Below, piece by piece: positions 12,158 through 27,048 of a stretch of DNA of 64,000 nucleotides. The stretch is from the NCBI GenBank assembly GCA_964016885.1, contig OZ024750.1, forward strand, positions 25,048,001 through 25,112,000, given 5' to 3'. The notes below the pieces were generated by a model that did no database searches, was not told the origin of the DNA, and was given only the letters and a program-made list of their open reading frames with translations. This stretch comes from Eledone cirrhosa. Its lineage: Eukaryota. Each line of letters starts with the position of its first letter. Position 1 is the stretch's first letter. The translations under genes and the position numbers were made by a program.

Positions 12158-13058
12158 CCCCTTCTTATGTCTCTCTCTCTAGTCCCTTATGTCTCTCTCT
12201 CTAGTCCCTTCTTATGTCTCTCTCTCTAGTCCCTTCTTATGTCTCTCTCTCTAGTCCCTTATGTCTCTCTCTCTAGTCCCTTCTTATGTCTCTCTCTCTA
12301 GTCCCTTCTTATGTCTCTCTCTATAGTCCCTTCTTATGTCTCTCTCTATAGTCCCTTCTTATGTCTCTCTCTATAGTCCCTTCTTATGTCTCTCTCTCTA
12401 GTCCCTTCTTATGTCTCTCTCTCTAGTCCCTTCTTATGTCTCTCTCTCTAGTCCCTTCTTATGTCTCTCTCTCTAGTCCCTTCTTATGTCTCTCTCTATA
12501 GTCCCTTCTTATGTCTCTCTCTATAGTCCCTTCTTATGTCTCTCTCTATAGTCCCTTCTTATGTCTCTCTCTAGTCCCTTATGTCTCTCTCTATAGTCCC
12601 TTCTTATGTCTCTCTCTCTATAGTCCCTTCTTATGTCTCTCTCTCTAGTCCCTTATGTCTCTCTCTCTAGTCCCTTCTTATGTCTCTCTCTATAGTCCCT
12701 TCTTATGTCTCTCTCTATAGTCCCTTCTTATGTCTCTCTCTATAGTCCCTTCTTATGTCTCTCTCTATAGTCCCTTCTTATGTCTCTCTCTATAGTCCCT
12801 TCTTATGTCTCTCTCTATAGTCCCTTCTTATGTCTCTCACTCTAGTCCCTTCTTATGTCTCTCTCTCTATAGTCCCTTCTTATGTCTCTCTCTATAGTCC
12901 CTTCTTATGTCTCTCTCTATAGTCCCTTCTTATGTCTCTCACTCTAGTCCCTTCTTATGTCTCTCTCTCTATAGTCCCTTCTTATGTCTCTCTCTCTCTA
13001 TAGTCCCTTCTTATGTCTCTCTCTCTCTCTATAGTCCCTTATGTCTCTCTCTCTCTCT
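12158..13058. repeat. ~25-bp minisatellite (TCTCTCTCTATAGTCCCTTCTTATG)
   Basis: Directly visible. Confidence 0.95.
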
Positions 13059-13138
13059 CCTCATTTTCTTGGTGTATCTTACTGTTTCGTTTGTTACACC
13101 TTTTTACTTCTGTCATCTTCTCCAGTCTCTGTTTTTGT

Positions 13139-16100
13139 TGCACACTCCTGTATATACTGCTGCTGCACACTCTTGTATATACTGCTGCTGCACACTCTTG
13201 TATATACTGCTGCTGCTGCACACTTCTGTATATACTGCAGTTGCACACTCCTGTATATACTGCTGCTGCTGCACACTTCTGTATATACTGCTGCTGCACA
13301 CTTCTGTATATACTGCTGGTATATATACTGCTGCTGCACACTCCTGTATATACTGCTGCTGCACACTCCTGTATATATACTGCTGCTGCACACTCCTGTA
13401 TATATACTGCTGCTGCACACTTCTGTATATATACTGCTGCTGCACACTTCTGTATATACTGCTGCTGCACACTTCTGTATATACTGCTGCTGCACACTCT
13501 TGTATATATACTGCTGCTGCACACCTGTATATATACTGCTGCTGCACACTTCTGTATATACTGCTGCTGCACACTCCTGTATATACTGCTGCTGCACACT
13601 CCTATATATACTGCTGCTGCACACTCCTGTATATACTGCTGCTGCACACTCCTGTATATATACTGCTGCTGCACACTCCTGTATATACTGCTGCTGCACA
13701 CTCCTGTATATATACTGCTGCTGCACACTCCTGTATATACTGCTGCTGCACACTCCTGTATATATACTGCTGCTGCACACTCCTGTATATATACTGCTGC
13801 TGCACACCTGTATATATACTGCTGCTGCACACTTCTGTATATACTGCTGCTGCACACTCCTGTATATACTGCTGCTGCACACTCCTATATATATACTGCT
13901 GCTGCACACTCCTATATATACTGCTGCTGCACACTCCTGTATATACTGCTGCTGCACACTCCTGTATATATACTGCTGCTGCACACTCCTGTATATATAC
14001 TGCTGCTGCACACTCCTGTATATACTGCTGCTGCACACTCCTATATATATACTGCTGCTGCACACTCCTGTATATACTGCTGCTGCACACTCCTGTATAT
14101 ACTGCTGCTGCACACTTCTGTATATATACTGCTGCTGCACACTCCTGTATATATACTGCTGCTGCACACTCCTGTATATACTGCTGCTGCTGCACACTCC
14201 TGTATATATACTGCTGCTGCACACTCCTGTATATATACTGCTGCTGCACACTTCTGTATATATACTGCTGCTGCACACTTCTGTATATATACTGCTGCTG
14301 CACACTCCTGTATATATACTGCTGCTGTGCACACTCCTATATATATACTGCTGCTGCACACTCCTGTATATACTGCTGCTGCTGCACACTCCTGTATATA
14401 TACTGCTGCTGCACACTCTTGTATATACTGCTGCTGCACACTCCTGTATATATACTGCTGCTGCACACTCCTATATATATACTGCTGCTGCACACTCCTG
14501 TATATACTGCTGCTGCACACTCCTATATATATACTGCTGCTGCACACTCCTGTATATACTGCTGCTGCACACTCCTGTATATACTGCTGCTGCACACTTC
14601 TGTATATATACTGCTGCTGCACACTCCTGTATATATACTGCTGCTGCACACTCCTGTATATACTGCTGCTGCTGCACACTCCTGTATATATACTGCTGCT
14701 GCACACTTCTGTATATATACTGCTGCTGCACACTCCTGTATATATACTGCTGCTGCACACTCCTGTATATACTGCTGCTGCACACTTCTGTATATATACT
14801 GCTGCTGCACACTCCTGTATATATACTGCTGCTGCACACCTCTGTATATACTGCTGCTGCACATTCCTGTATATACTGCTGCTGCACACTCTTGTATATA
14901 TACTGCAGTTGCACACTCCTGTATATACTGCTGCTGCTGCACACTTCTGTATATACTGCTGCTGCACACTCCTGTATATATACTGCTGCTGCACACCTCT
15001 GTATATACTGCTGCTGCACACTCCTGTATATACTGCTGCTGCTGCACACTTCTGTATATACTGCTGCTGCACACTCCTGTATATACTGCTGCTGCACACT
15101 CCTGTATATACTGCTGCTGCACACTTCTGTATATACTGCTGCTGCACACTCCTGTATATACTGCTGCTGCACACTTCTGTATATACTGCTGCTGCACACT
15201 CCTGTATATACTGCTGCTGCACACTTCTGTATATACTGCTGCTGCACACTCCTGTATATACTGCTGCTGCACACTCCTATATATATACTGCTGCTGCACA
15301 CTCCTGTATATACTGCTGCTGCACACTTCTGTATATACTGCTGCTGCACACTCCTATATATACTGCTGCTGCACACTCCTGTATATACTGCTGCTGCACA
15401 CTTCTGTATATACTGCTGCTGCACACTCCTGTATATACTGCTGCTGCACACTCCTGTATATACTGCTGCTGCACACTCTTGTATATACTGCTGCTGCACA
15501 CTTCTGTATATATACTGCTGCTGCACACTCCTGTATATACTGCTGCTGCACACTTCTGTATATATACTGCTGCTGCACACTCCTGTATATACTGCTGCTG
15601 CACACTCCTGTATATACTGCTGCTGCACACTCCTGTATATACTGCTGCTGCACACCTCTGTATATATACTGCTGCTGCACACTTCTGTATATATACTGCT
15701 GCTGCACACTTCTGTATATACTGCTGCTGCTGCACACTCTTGTATATATACTGCTGCTGCACACTCTTGTATATATACTGCTGCTGCACACTTCTGTATA
15801 TACTGCTGCTGCACACTTCTGTATATATACTGCTGCTGCACACTCCTGTATATATACTGCTGCTGCACACTCCTGTATATATACTGCTGCTGCACACTTC
15901 TGTATATACTGCTGCTGCACACTCCTGTATATATACTGCTGCTGCACACTCCTGTATATATACTGCTGCTGCACACTCTTGTATATATACTGCTGCTGCA
16001 CACTCTTGTATATATACTGCTGCTGCACACTTCTGTATATACTGCTGCTGCACACTTCTGTATATACTGCTGCTGCACACTCCTGTATATACTGCTGCTG

Positions 16101-19100
16101 CACACTCCTGTATATATACTGCTGCTGCACACTCCTGTATATACTGCTGCTGCACACTCCTGTATATACTGCTGCTGCACACTCCTGTATATACTGCTGC
16201 TGCACACTCCTGTATATACTGCTGCTGCACACTCCTGTATATACTGCTGCTGCACACTCCTGTATATACTGCTGCTGCACACTCCTGTATATACTGCTGC
16301 TGCACACTCCTGTATATACTGCTGCTGCACACTCCTGTATATACTGCTGCTGCACACTCCTGTATATATACTGCTGCTGCACACTCCTGTATATACTTCT
16401 GCTGCACACTCTTGTATATATACTGCTGCTGCACACTCCTGTATATACTGCTGCTGCACACTCCTGTATATACTGCTGCTGCACACTCCTGTATATATAC
16501 TGCTGCTGCACACTCCTGTATATACTTCTGCTGCACACTCTTGTATATATACTGCTGCTGCACACTCCTGTATATACTGCTGCTGCACACTCCTGTATAT
16601 ACTTCTGCTGCACACTCTTGTATATATACTGCTGCTGCACACTCCTGTATATACTGCTGCTGCACACTCCTGTATATATACTGCTGCTGCACACTCCTGT
16701 ATATACTGCTGCTGCACACTCCTGTATATATACTGCTGCTGCACACTCCTGTATATATACTGCTGCTGCACACTCCTGTATATACTGCTGCTGCACACTC
16801 CTGTATATACTGCTGCTGCACACTCCTGTATATACTGCTGCTGCACACTCCTGTATATACTGATGCTGCACACTCCTGTATATACTGCTGCTGCACACTC
16901 CTGTATATACTGCTGCTGCACACTCCTGTATATATACTGCTGCTGCACACTCCTGTATATACTGCTGCTGCACACTCCTGTATATATACTGCTGCTGCAC
17001 ACCTCTGTATATACTGCTGCTGCACACTCCTGTATATACTGCTGCTGCACACTCCTGTATATATACTGCTGCTGCACACCTCTGTATATACTGCTGCTGC
17101 ACACTCCTGTATATATACTGCTGCTGCACACTCCTGTATATATACTGCTGCTGCACACCTCTGTATATACTGCTGCTGCACACTCCTATATATACTGCTG
17201 CTGCACACTCCTGTATATACTGCTGCTGCACACTTCTGTATATACTGCTGCTGCACACTCCTGTATATACTGCTGCTGCACACTCCTGTATATATACTGC
17301 TGCTGCACACCTCTGTATATACTGCTGCTGCACACTCCTGTATATACTGCTGCTGCACACTTCTGTATATATACTGCTGCTGAACACTCCTGTATATACT
17401 GCTGCTGCACACTCCTGTATATACTGCTGCTGCACACTCCTGTATATACTGCTGCTGCACACTCCTGTATATACTGCTGCTGCACACTCCTATATATACT
17501 GCTGCTGCACACTCCTGTATATACTGCTGCTGCACACTCCTGTATATATACTGCTGCTGCACACTCCTGTATATACTGCTGCTGCACACTCCTGTATATA
17601 CTGCTGCTGCACACTCTTGTATATATACTGCTGCTGCACACTCCTGTATATACTGCTGCTGCACACTTCTGTATATACTGCTGCTGCACACTTCTGTATA
17701 TATACTGCTGCTGCACACTCCTGTATATACTGCTGCTGCACACTCCTGTATATACTGCTGCTGCACACTCCTGTATATATACTGCTGCTGCACACTCCTG
17801 TATATACTGCTGCTGCACACTTCTGTATATACTGCTGCTGCACACTTCTGTATATATACTGCTGCTGCACACTCCTGTATATACTGCTGCTGCACACTCC
17901 TGTATATACTGCTGCTGCACACTTCTGTATATACTGCTGCTGCACACTTCTGTATATATACTGCTGCTGCACACTCCTGTATATACTGCTGCTGCACACT
18001 TCTGTATATACTGCTGCTGCACACTTCTGTATATACTGCTGCTGCACACTCCTGTATATACTGCTGCTGCACACTTCTGTATATACTGCTGCTGCACACT
18101 CCTGTATATACTGCTGCTGCACACTCCTGTATATACTGCTGCTGCACACTTCTGTATATATACTGCTGCTGCACACTCTTGTATATATACTGCTGCTGCA
18201 CACTCCTGTATATACTGCTGCTGCACACTTCTGTATATACTGCTGCTGCACACTTCTGTATATACTGCTGCACACTTCTGTATATACTGCTGCTGCACAC
18301 TTCTGTATATATACTGCTGCTGCACACTCCTGTATATACTGCTGCTGCACACTTCTGTATATACTGCTGCTGCACACTTCTGTATATACTGCTGCTGCAC
18401 ACTTCTGTATATACTGCTGCACACTCCTGTATATACTGCTGCTGCACACTTCTGTATATACTGCTGCTGCACACTTCTGTATATACTGCTGCACACTCCT
18501 GTATATACTGCTGCTGCACACTTCTGTATATATACTGCTGCTGCACACTCTTGTATATATACTGCTGCTGCACACTCCTGTATATACTGCTGCTGCACAC
18601 TTCTGTATATATACTGCTGCTGCACACTCTTGTATATATACTGCTGCTGCACACTCCTGTATATACGGCTGCTGCACACTTCTGTATATACTGCTGCTGT
18701 ACACTCCTGTATATACTGCTGCTGCACACTCTTGTATATACTGCTGCTGCACACTTCTGTATATATACTGCTGCTGCACACACCTGTATATACTGCTGCT
18801 GCACACTCCTGTATATACTGCTGCTGCACACTCCTGTATATACTGCTGCTGCACACTCCTGTATATACTGCTGCTGCACACTCTTGTATATATACTGCTG
18901 CTGCACACTCCTGTATATACTGCTGCTGCACACTTCTGTATATACTGCTGCTGCACACTTCTGTATATATACTGCTGCTGCACACTCCTGTATATACTGC
19001 TGCTGCACACTCCTGTATATACTGCTGCTGCACACTTCTGTATATACTGCTGCTGCACACTCCTGTATATACTGCTGCTGCACACTTCTGTATATACTGC

Positions 19101-21003
19101 TGCTGCACACTTCTGGATATACTGCTGCTGCACACTCCTGTATATACTGCTGCTGCACACTCCTGTATATACTGCTGCTGCACACTTCTGTATATACTGC
19201 TGCTGCACACTTCTGTATATATACTGCTGCTGCACACTCCTGTATATATACTGCTGCTGCACACTCCTGTATATACTGCTGCTGCACACTCCTGTATATA
19301 CTGCTGCTGCACACTCCTGTATATACTGCTGCTGCACACTCCTGTATATACTGCTGCTGCACACTCCTGTATATACTGCTGCTGCACACTCCTGTATATA
19401 TACTGCTGCTGCACACTCCTGTATATATACTGCTGATGCACACTCCTGTATATATACTGCTGCTGCACACCTCTGTATATACTGCTGCTGCACACTCCTG
19501 TATATACTGCTGCTGCACACTCCTGTATATACTGCTGCTACACACTCCTGTATATATACTGCTGCTGCACACTCCTGTATATACTGCTGCTGCACACTCC
19601 TGTATATACTGCTGCTGCACACTCCTGTATATATACTGCTGATGCACACTCCTGTATATATACTGCTGCTGCACACCTCTGTATATACTGCTGCTGCACA
19701 CTTCTGTATATACTGCTGCTGCACACTCTTGTATATACTGCTGCTGCACACTTCTGTATATACTGCTGCTGCACACCTCTGTATATACTGCTGCTGCACA
19801 CTCCTGTATATATACTGCTGCTGCACACTCCTGTATATACTGCTGCTGCACACTCTTGTATATACCGCTGCTGCACACTCTTGTATATACTGCTGCTGCA
19901 CACTCCTGTATATACTGCTGCTGCACACTCCTGTATATACTGCTGCTGCACACTCCTGTATATATACTGCTGCTGCACACTCTTGTATATACTGCTGCTG
20001 CACACTCTTGTATATACTGCTGCTGCACACTCCTGTATATACTGCTGCTGCACACTCCTGTATATACTGCTGCTGCACACTCCTGTATATATACTGCTGC
20101 TGCACACTCCTGTATATACTGCTGCTGCACACTCTTGTATATACTGCTGCTGCACACTTCTGTATATACCGCTGCTGCACACTCTTGTATATACTGCTGC
20201 TGCACACTCCTGTATATACTGCTGCTGCACACTCCTGTATATACTGCTGCTGCACACTCCTGTATATACTGCTGCTGCACATTTCTGTATATACTGCTGC
20301 TGCACACTCTTGTATATATACTGCTGCTGCACACTCTTGTATATATACTGCTGCTGCACACTCCTGTATATACTGCTGCTGCACACTCCTGTATATATAC
20401 TGCTGCTGCACACTCCTGTATATACTGCTGCTGCACATTTCTGTATATACTGCTGCTGCACACTCTTGTATATATACTGCTGCTGCACACTCCTGTATAC
20501 TGCTGCTGCACACTCCTGTATATATACTGCTGCTGCACACTCCTGTATATATACTGCTGCTGCACACTTCTGTATATACTGCTGCTGCACACTCCTGTAT
20601 ATATACTGCTGCTGCACACTCCTGTATATATACTGCTGCTGCACACTTCTGTATATACTGCTGCTGCACACTCCTGTATATATACTGCTGATGCACACTT
20701 CTGTATATACTGCTGCTGCACACTCCTGTATATATACTGCTGCTGCACTCTCCTGTATATATACTGCTGCTGCACACTCCTGTATATATACTGCTGCTGC
20801 ACACTCCTGTATATACTGCTGCTGCACACTCCTGTATATACTGCTGCTGCACACTCTTGTATATACTGCTGCTGCACACTCCTGTATATACTGCTGCTGC
20901 ACACTCCTATATATATACTGCTGCTGCACACTCCTGTATATACTGCTGCTGCACACTTCTGTATATATACTGCTGCACACTCCTGTATATACTGCTGCTG
21001 CAC
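13139..21003. repeat. 7.9-kb satellite, 25/27-bp unit TATA(TA)TACTGCTGCTGCACACTCCTG, roughly 300 copies
   Basis: Directly visible; source of the spurious 1000-2100 aa ORFs. Confidence 0.97.
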
Positions 21004-21352
21004 CAACAATACATCTACAGCAAAGCAATGGTAATGCAAGCATTACAATATATTGAGTTGAATGAATCAGTGTTGATGTCAGCTACAGCTAAAGCCCTTC
21101 TTTCACTGCTGGGAGCTAGAAGATAAAGTATGAGATTCAATAATTAATAGCTGTTTACTACATATTAATACAGTTCTTGCACTATTGTAAGTTCCTTTAT
21201 TTAGTCTTCAAATGGTTTTTATGACATGTTAAACCAGAATAACCAGTTTGCTGCTTTAAATTCTTTGATTTACTTGAATTCACTGGAAGTGTTACTAACT
21301 AAAAACAGTTCAAATATAGATATATCTCTGTTCCCTCCTTTTAAAATAAAGA

Positions 21353-23775
21353 AGTTCCCTGTACAGTCTGTTCCAGGAGTATATTTTATTAGCATGTTCC
21401 CACACGTGTAGAGTGATATGGTTGAGTTCCCTGTCCAGTCTGTTCCGGGAGTATATTTTATTAGCATGTTTCCACACGTGTAGAGTGATATGGTTGAGTT
21501 CCCTGTCCAGTCTGTTCCAGGAGTATATTTTATTAGCATGTTCCCACACGTGTAGAGTGATATGGTTGAGTTCCCTGTCCAGTCTGTTCCAGGAGTATAT
21601 TTTATTAGCATGTTCCCACACGTGTAGAGTGATATGGTTGAGTTCCCTGTCCAGTCTGTTCCAGGAGTATATTTTATTAGCATGTTCCCACATGTGTAGA
21701 GTGATATGGTTGAGTTCCCTGTACAGTCTGTTCCAGGAGTATATTTTATTAGCATGTTCCCACACGTGTAGAGTGATATGGTTGAGTTCCCTGTCCAGTC
21801 TGTTCCGGGAGTATATTTTATTAGCATGTTCCCACACGTGTAGAGTGATATGGTTGAGTTCCCTGTACAGTCTGTTCCAGGAGTATATTTTATTAGCATG
21901 TTCCCACACGTGTAGAGTGATATGGTTGAGTTCCCTGTCCAGTCTGTTCCAGGAGTATATTTTATTAGCATGTTCCCACATGTGTAGAGTGATATGGTTG
22001 AGTTCCCTGTACAGTCTGTTCCAGGAGTATATTTTATTAGCATGTTCCCACACGTGTAGAGTGATATGGTTGAGTTCCCTGTACAGTCTGTTCCAGGAGT
22101 ATATTTTATTAGCATGTTCCCACAAGTGTAGAGTGATATGGTTGAGTTCCCTGTCCAGTCTGTTCCAGGAGTATATTTTATTAGCATGTTCCCACACGTG
22201 TAGAGTGATATGGTTGAGTTCCCTGTCCAGTCTGTTCCAGGAGTATATTTTATTAGCATGTTCCCACACGTGTAGAGTGATATGGTTGAGTTCCCTGTCC
22301 AGTCTGTTCGAGGAGTATATTTTATTAGCATGTTCCCACACGTGTAGAGTGATATGGTTGAGTTCCCTGTACAGTCTGTTCCAGGAGTATATTTTATTAG
22401 CATGTTCCCACACCTGTAGAGTGATATGGTTGAGTTCCCTGTACAGTCTGTTCCAGGAGTATATTTTATTAGCATGTTCCCACACGTGTAGAGTGATATG
22501 GTTGAGTTCCCTGTACAGTCTGTTCCAGGAGTATATTTTATTAGCATGTTCCCACACCTGTAGAGTGATATGGTTGAGTTCCCAGTCCAGTCTGTTTCAG
22601 GAGTATATTTTATTAGCATGTTCCCACACGTGTAGAGTGATATGGTTGAGTTCCCTGTACAGGCTGTTCCAGGAGTATATTTTATTAGCATGTTCCCACA
22701 AGTGTAGAGTGATATGGTTGAGTTCCCTGTCCAGTCTGTTCCAGGAGTATATTTTATTAGCATGTTCCCACACGTGTAGAGTGATATGGTTGAGTTCCCT
22801 GTACAGTCTGTTCCAGGAGTATATTTTATTAGCATGTTCCCACACGTGTAGAGTGATATGGTTGAGTTCCCTGTACAGTCTGTTCCAGGAGTATATTTTA
22901 TTAGCATGTTCCCACACGTGTAGAGTGATATGGTTGAGTTCCCTGTACAGTCTGTTCCAGGAGTATATTTTATTAGCATGTTCCCACACGTGTAGAGTGA
23001 TATGGTTGAGTTCCCTGTACAGTCTGTTTCAGGAGTATATTTTATTAGCATGTTCCTACACGTGTAGAGTGATATGGTTGAGTTCCCTGTCCAGTCTGTT
23101 CCGGGAGTATATTTTATTAGCATGTTCCCACACGTGTAGAGTGATATGGTTGAGTTCCCTGTCCAGTCTGTTCCAGGAGTATATTTTATTAGCATGTTCC
23201 CACACGTGTAGAGTGATATGGTTGAGTTCCCTGTACAGGCTATTCCAGGAGTATATTTTATTAGCATGTTCCCACACGTGTAGAGTGATATGGTTGAGTT
23301 CCCTGTCCAGTCTGTTCCAGGAGTATATTTTATTAGCATGTTCCCACACGTGTAGAGTGATATGGTTGAGTTCCCTGTACAGGCTATTCCAGGAGTATAT
23401 TTTATTAGCATGTTCCCACACGTGTAGAGTGATATGGTTGAGTTCCCTGTCCAGTCTGTTCCAGGAGTATATTTTATTAGCATGTTCCCACACGTGTAGA
23501 GTGATATGGTTGAGTTCCCTGTACAGTCTGTTCCAGGAGTATATTTTATTAGCATGTTCCCACAACTGTAGAGTGATATGGTTGAGTTCCCTGTCCAGTC
23601 TGTTTCAGGAGTATATTTTATTAGCATGTTCCCACATGTGTAGTGATGTGGATGAGTTCCCTGTACAGTATTCCAGGAGTATATGTTAGTATGTTCCTAC
23701 ATGTGTGTAGTGATGTGGATGAGTTCCTTGTACAGTCAGTCCCAGTAGTATCTATTCTTAGAATGTTCCCACGTG
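21353..23775. repeat. 72-bp minisatellite, 32 conserved units plus 2 degenerate units
   Basis: Exact 72-bp period from 21353 to 23585. Confidence 0.97.
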
Positions 23776-24112
23776 TTTTTCGGCTGGATGCCCTTCCTAA
23801 TGCCAACCACCAGCTTTAACAAATGATATAAGCAGTCAATGTCTCATGTAGGATATCAATTGGGTACAATAGTTGACATCTCTCACTTGCAGTTTTTAAA
23901 ATTATATTCTCATGGGAAAATCCTTTACTTTTATCTCATGTAGTCTAAAGGAAAGATTGGCTTCACATTACTGTTGTTAAATAACCTTTGGTATACTCAT
24001 GGAAGCTACTTAGCAGTTAAAAAAGTTGTTTTGTCTTTATCCAGTTCTGCAGATAGGAATTTCACAGCTTCCTTATGAGTTGATCTGGGTTGTATAGACT
24101 GCCAATAGTATC

Positions 24113-24758
24113 TTAACCCTTGAGCATTTAAACCAGCCGTATCCAGCCAGAATTCTCTGACCTCTTTCTGTTTAAACCGGCCATAACTGGCCATTCATGT
24201 TGATGTTAAGGTATTGTTCGCAAAATAAATAATATCAAAATTTCATAGATAGGATATTATGTGAGGTAAAGCCTTTACTGTGACAATACAATAATATATA
24301 TAGAGTAATGTAAATGTTATGAGATATTATGTGAAGTAAAGCCTTTACTGCGACAATGCAATAATATATATAGAGTAATGTAAATGTTATGTGAGATATT
24401 ATGTGAAGTAAAGCCTTTACTGCGACAATACAATAATATATATAGAGTAATGTAAATGTTATGTGAGATATTATGTGAAGTAAAGCCTTTACTGCGACAA
24501 TACAATAGTATATATAGAGTAATGTAAATGTTATGTGAGATATTATGTGAGGTAAAGCCTTTACTGTGACAATACAATAATATATATAGAGTAATGTAAA
24601 TGTTATGTGAGATATTATGTGAGGTAACGCCTTTACTGTGACAATACAATAATATATATAGAGTAATGTAAATGTTATGTGAGATATTATGTGAGGTAAA
24701 GCCTTTACTGCGACAATACAATAATATATATAGAGTAATGTAAATGCTAAAGGGTTAA
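24113..24758 (+). mobile_element. piggyBac-like MITE family 1 with ~72-bp subterminal segment repeated 7 times
   Basis: TTAA ends and TIRs present; internal tandem at ~24255-24745. Confidence 0.85.
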
Positions 24759-25069
24759 CTATCAACAACAAATATGTACCTGATAGCTCTTAGAATCCTA
24801 AAGGTTTGGAGGACCCTTCAATTGTGTTGAGCACATGACAGCCTCCCTAGTGTTGGTGATCTACATGATAAATGCATTCAGTGCACACTGTAAAGGGGTT
24901 TGTGATAAGAAGGGCATCCAGCCATAGAAAGCTTGTCAAACAAAGGGTTGGGAGGACCCTTCAGTTGTGTTAAAGACCTGAAAACGTCTCTTGTGCTGAT
25001 GCTACTATAAAATGCACACAACAGAACTTGGAATCATATGTATGTGAAATGCAGACCCATGGCTTGCCT

Positions 25070-25280
25070 GAGAGGTCAGTAGCTCCACTTCAGAACTGAC
25101 TTGGTCTGTGAAGGTCAGTAGCCCCACTTCAGTACTGACTTGGTCTGTGAAGGTCAGTAGCCCCACTTCAGTATTGACTTGGTCTGTGAAGGTCAGTAGC
25201 CCCACTTCAGTACTGATTTGGTCTGTGAAGGTCAGTAGCCCCACTTCAGTATTGACTTGATCTGTGAAGGTCAGTAGTTC
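25070..25280. repeat. 39-bp minisatellite x5 within a decayed RTE-tail/SINE remnant (24845-25340)
   Basis: GAAGGTCAGTAGCCCCACTTCAGTACTGACTTGGTCTGT; followed by AACCCTTGC...GATGATGAT tail. Confidence 0.85.
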
Positions 25281-25479
25281 AACTAGGTCCATCCAACCCT
25301 TGCTATCAAGGTAATTGGACTTCAGATGATGATGAAGATATATAAAACATAAGTATTGATTGTTAAAACCTAATCATTATCCCTTTTATCTATATGTAAT
25401 TTTCTAACCCAAGGTCAGACATTTGCTTTCCATTGAATAACATTTATTAAAGTTGGTTGTCCACTTACAGGATCATTGA

Positions 25480-26070
25480 TGATCCTTAGCTTTACAGCAT
25501 CATATCTTGGATCCTTAGCTTTACAGTATCATATCTTGGATCCTTAGCTTTACAGCATCACATTTTTGATCCTTAGTTTTACAGCATCACATTTTTGATC
25601 CTTAGTTTTACAGCATCACATTTTTGATCTATAGGTTTACAGCATCACATCTTTGGTGAATTATAACTTTACAACATCACATCTTTGATTTACATTAGCT
25701 CATCATTGTTAGTTTAAACATTGAACCTTATCACAAAGTGTGAAACAGTGTTTCAAATCTTTTCAGTTAATATTTACTGTGATATCAACTACTGACTGTG
25801 ATGTGAACCAATATTTACTGTGAACCAACATTTACTGCGATATCACCCACTGACTTGTGAACCAATATTTACTGTAATAAAAACTATTGAACCAATACTT
25901 ACTGTGATATCAACTATTGAACCATCATTTACTGCGATATCACCCACTGACTTGTGAACCAATATTTACTGTGATATCAACTATTGAACTGATATTTACT
26001 GTGATACCACCCGCTGACTTGTGAACCAATATTTACTGTGTTACTGTGATATCAACTACTGACTTGTCAT
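25480..26070. repeat. Two degenerate minisatellites (~29 bp at 25480-25690; variable unit at 25770-26070)
   Basis: GATCCTTAG(C/T)TTTACAGCATCA...; AATATTTACTGTGATATCA... Confidence 0.8.
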
Positions 26071-26539
26071 CCAATTTATTTTACAATTTTACAATATCTC
26101 CTTTGGGAGTTGACTGTTGTTGTTAAGAGCACAATGCTGTATAACTAACAGCATATATGAACCATAAATATAAAACCTTTTAGTATAACAGTATATTACA
26201 GTCTTTGTCGGCTGTGGGTCTTTATACACTATCAATAAAATAGGAAATTTAACTTCTAGCACAAGCTATTACAAAGAATGGAGTATTGAAATTTTTCATT
26301 TTCAATATGGTTATTGCATGACTCTTTTACAAAAGACAAACATTCTCAAGGATAGTTTATAATTTACAGTGAAGGGAAGTTTACAAACAGGTTTTAGAAT
26401 TATCTATTACATAAAAAGACACACTTGGTGACATGTCAAGATTTTACTTCTATTTATGTACATTTAACAATAAGATTTTTTGGTTTCTTAGTCTACTTTT
26501 GCAATGAGCCAATATGTCACCACAAACTCACATTCTAAT

Positions 26540-26860
26540 ATTAGTTATGTTACAAATTTAACAAAACTTATTTTAATCACAGTGTGGGGCATCTTAGTTA
26601 TATTACAAATTTAATGAAACTTATTTTAATCACAGTGTGGGGCATCTTAGTTATATTACAAATTTAATGAAACTTATTTTAATCAGTGTGGGGCATCTTA
26701 GTTATATTACAAATTTAATGAAACTTATTTTAATCACAGTGTGGGGCATCTTAGTTATATTACAAATTTAATGAAACTTATTTTAATCACAGTGTGGGGC
26801 ATCTTAGTTATATTACAAATTAAACGAAACTTATTTTAATCACAGTGTGGGGCATCTTAA
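26540..26860. repeat. 53-bp minisatellite x6
   Basis: TTAGTTATATTACAAATTTAATGAAACTTATTTTAATCACAGTGTGGGGCATC. Confidence 0.9.
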
Positions 26861-27017
26861 TCGAGTTTCTTTTACGACAGCCTTGGGTGAACCAAAGCTT
26901 TGTTAGTGAAATCAAGTGCACTGAAACTGTTTTAAAGACCATCAGATAGATTGTACCTGTAATTCAACAGGTATGTTTTATCACCCCTCTCTCTCATGCT
27001 GAATCTTTACACGACAG

Positions 27018-27048
<31 letters not shown>

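Noticed and set aside
12907-21056. ORFs of 1000-2100 aa (YTAAAH/CCCTLL/LLLH)
   Set aside because: The satellite unit lacks stop codons in nearly all frames, units of 25/27 bp scramble the frame, and all six frames give similar ORFs
21353-23775. CRISPR-like regular array (also considered for 45605-49084 and 55350-56848)
   Set aside because: No unique spacers, no cas genes, eukaryotic context; these are plain tandem repeats
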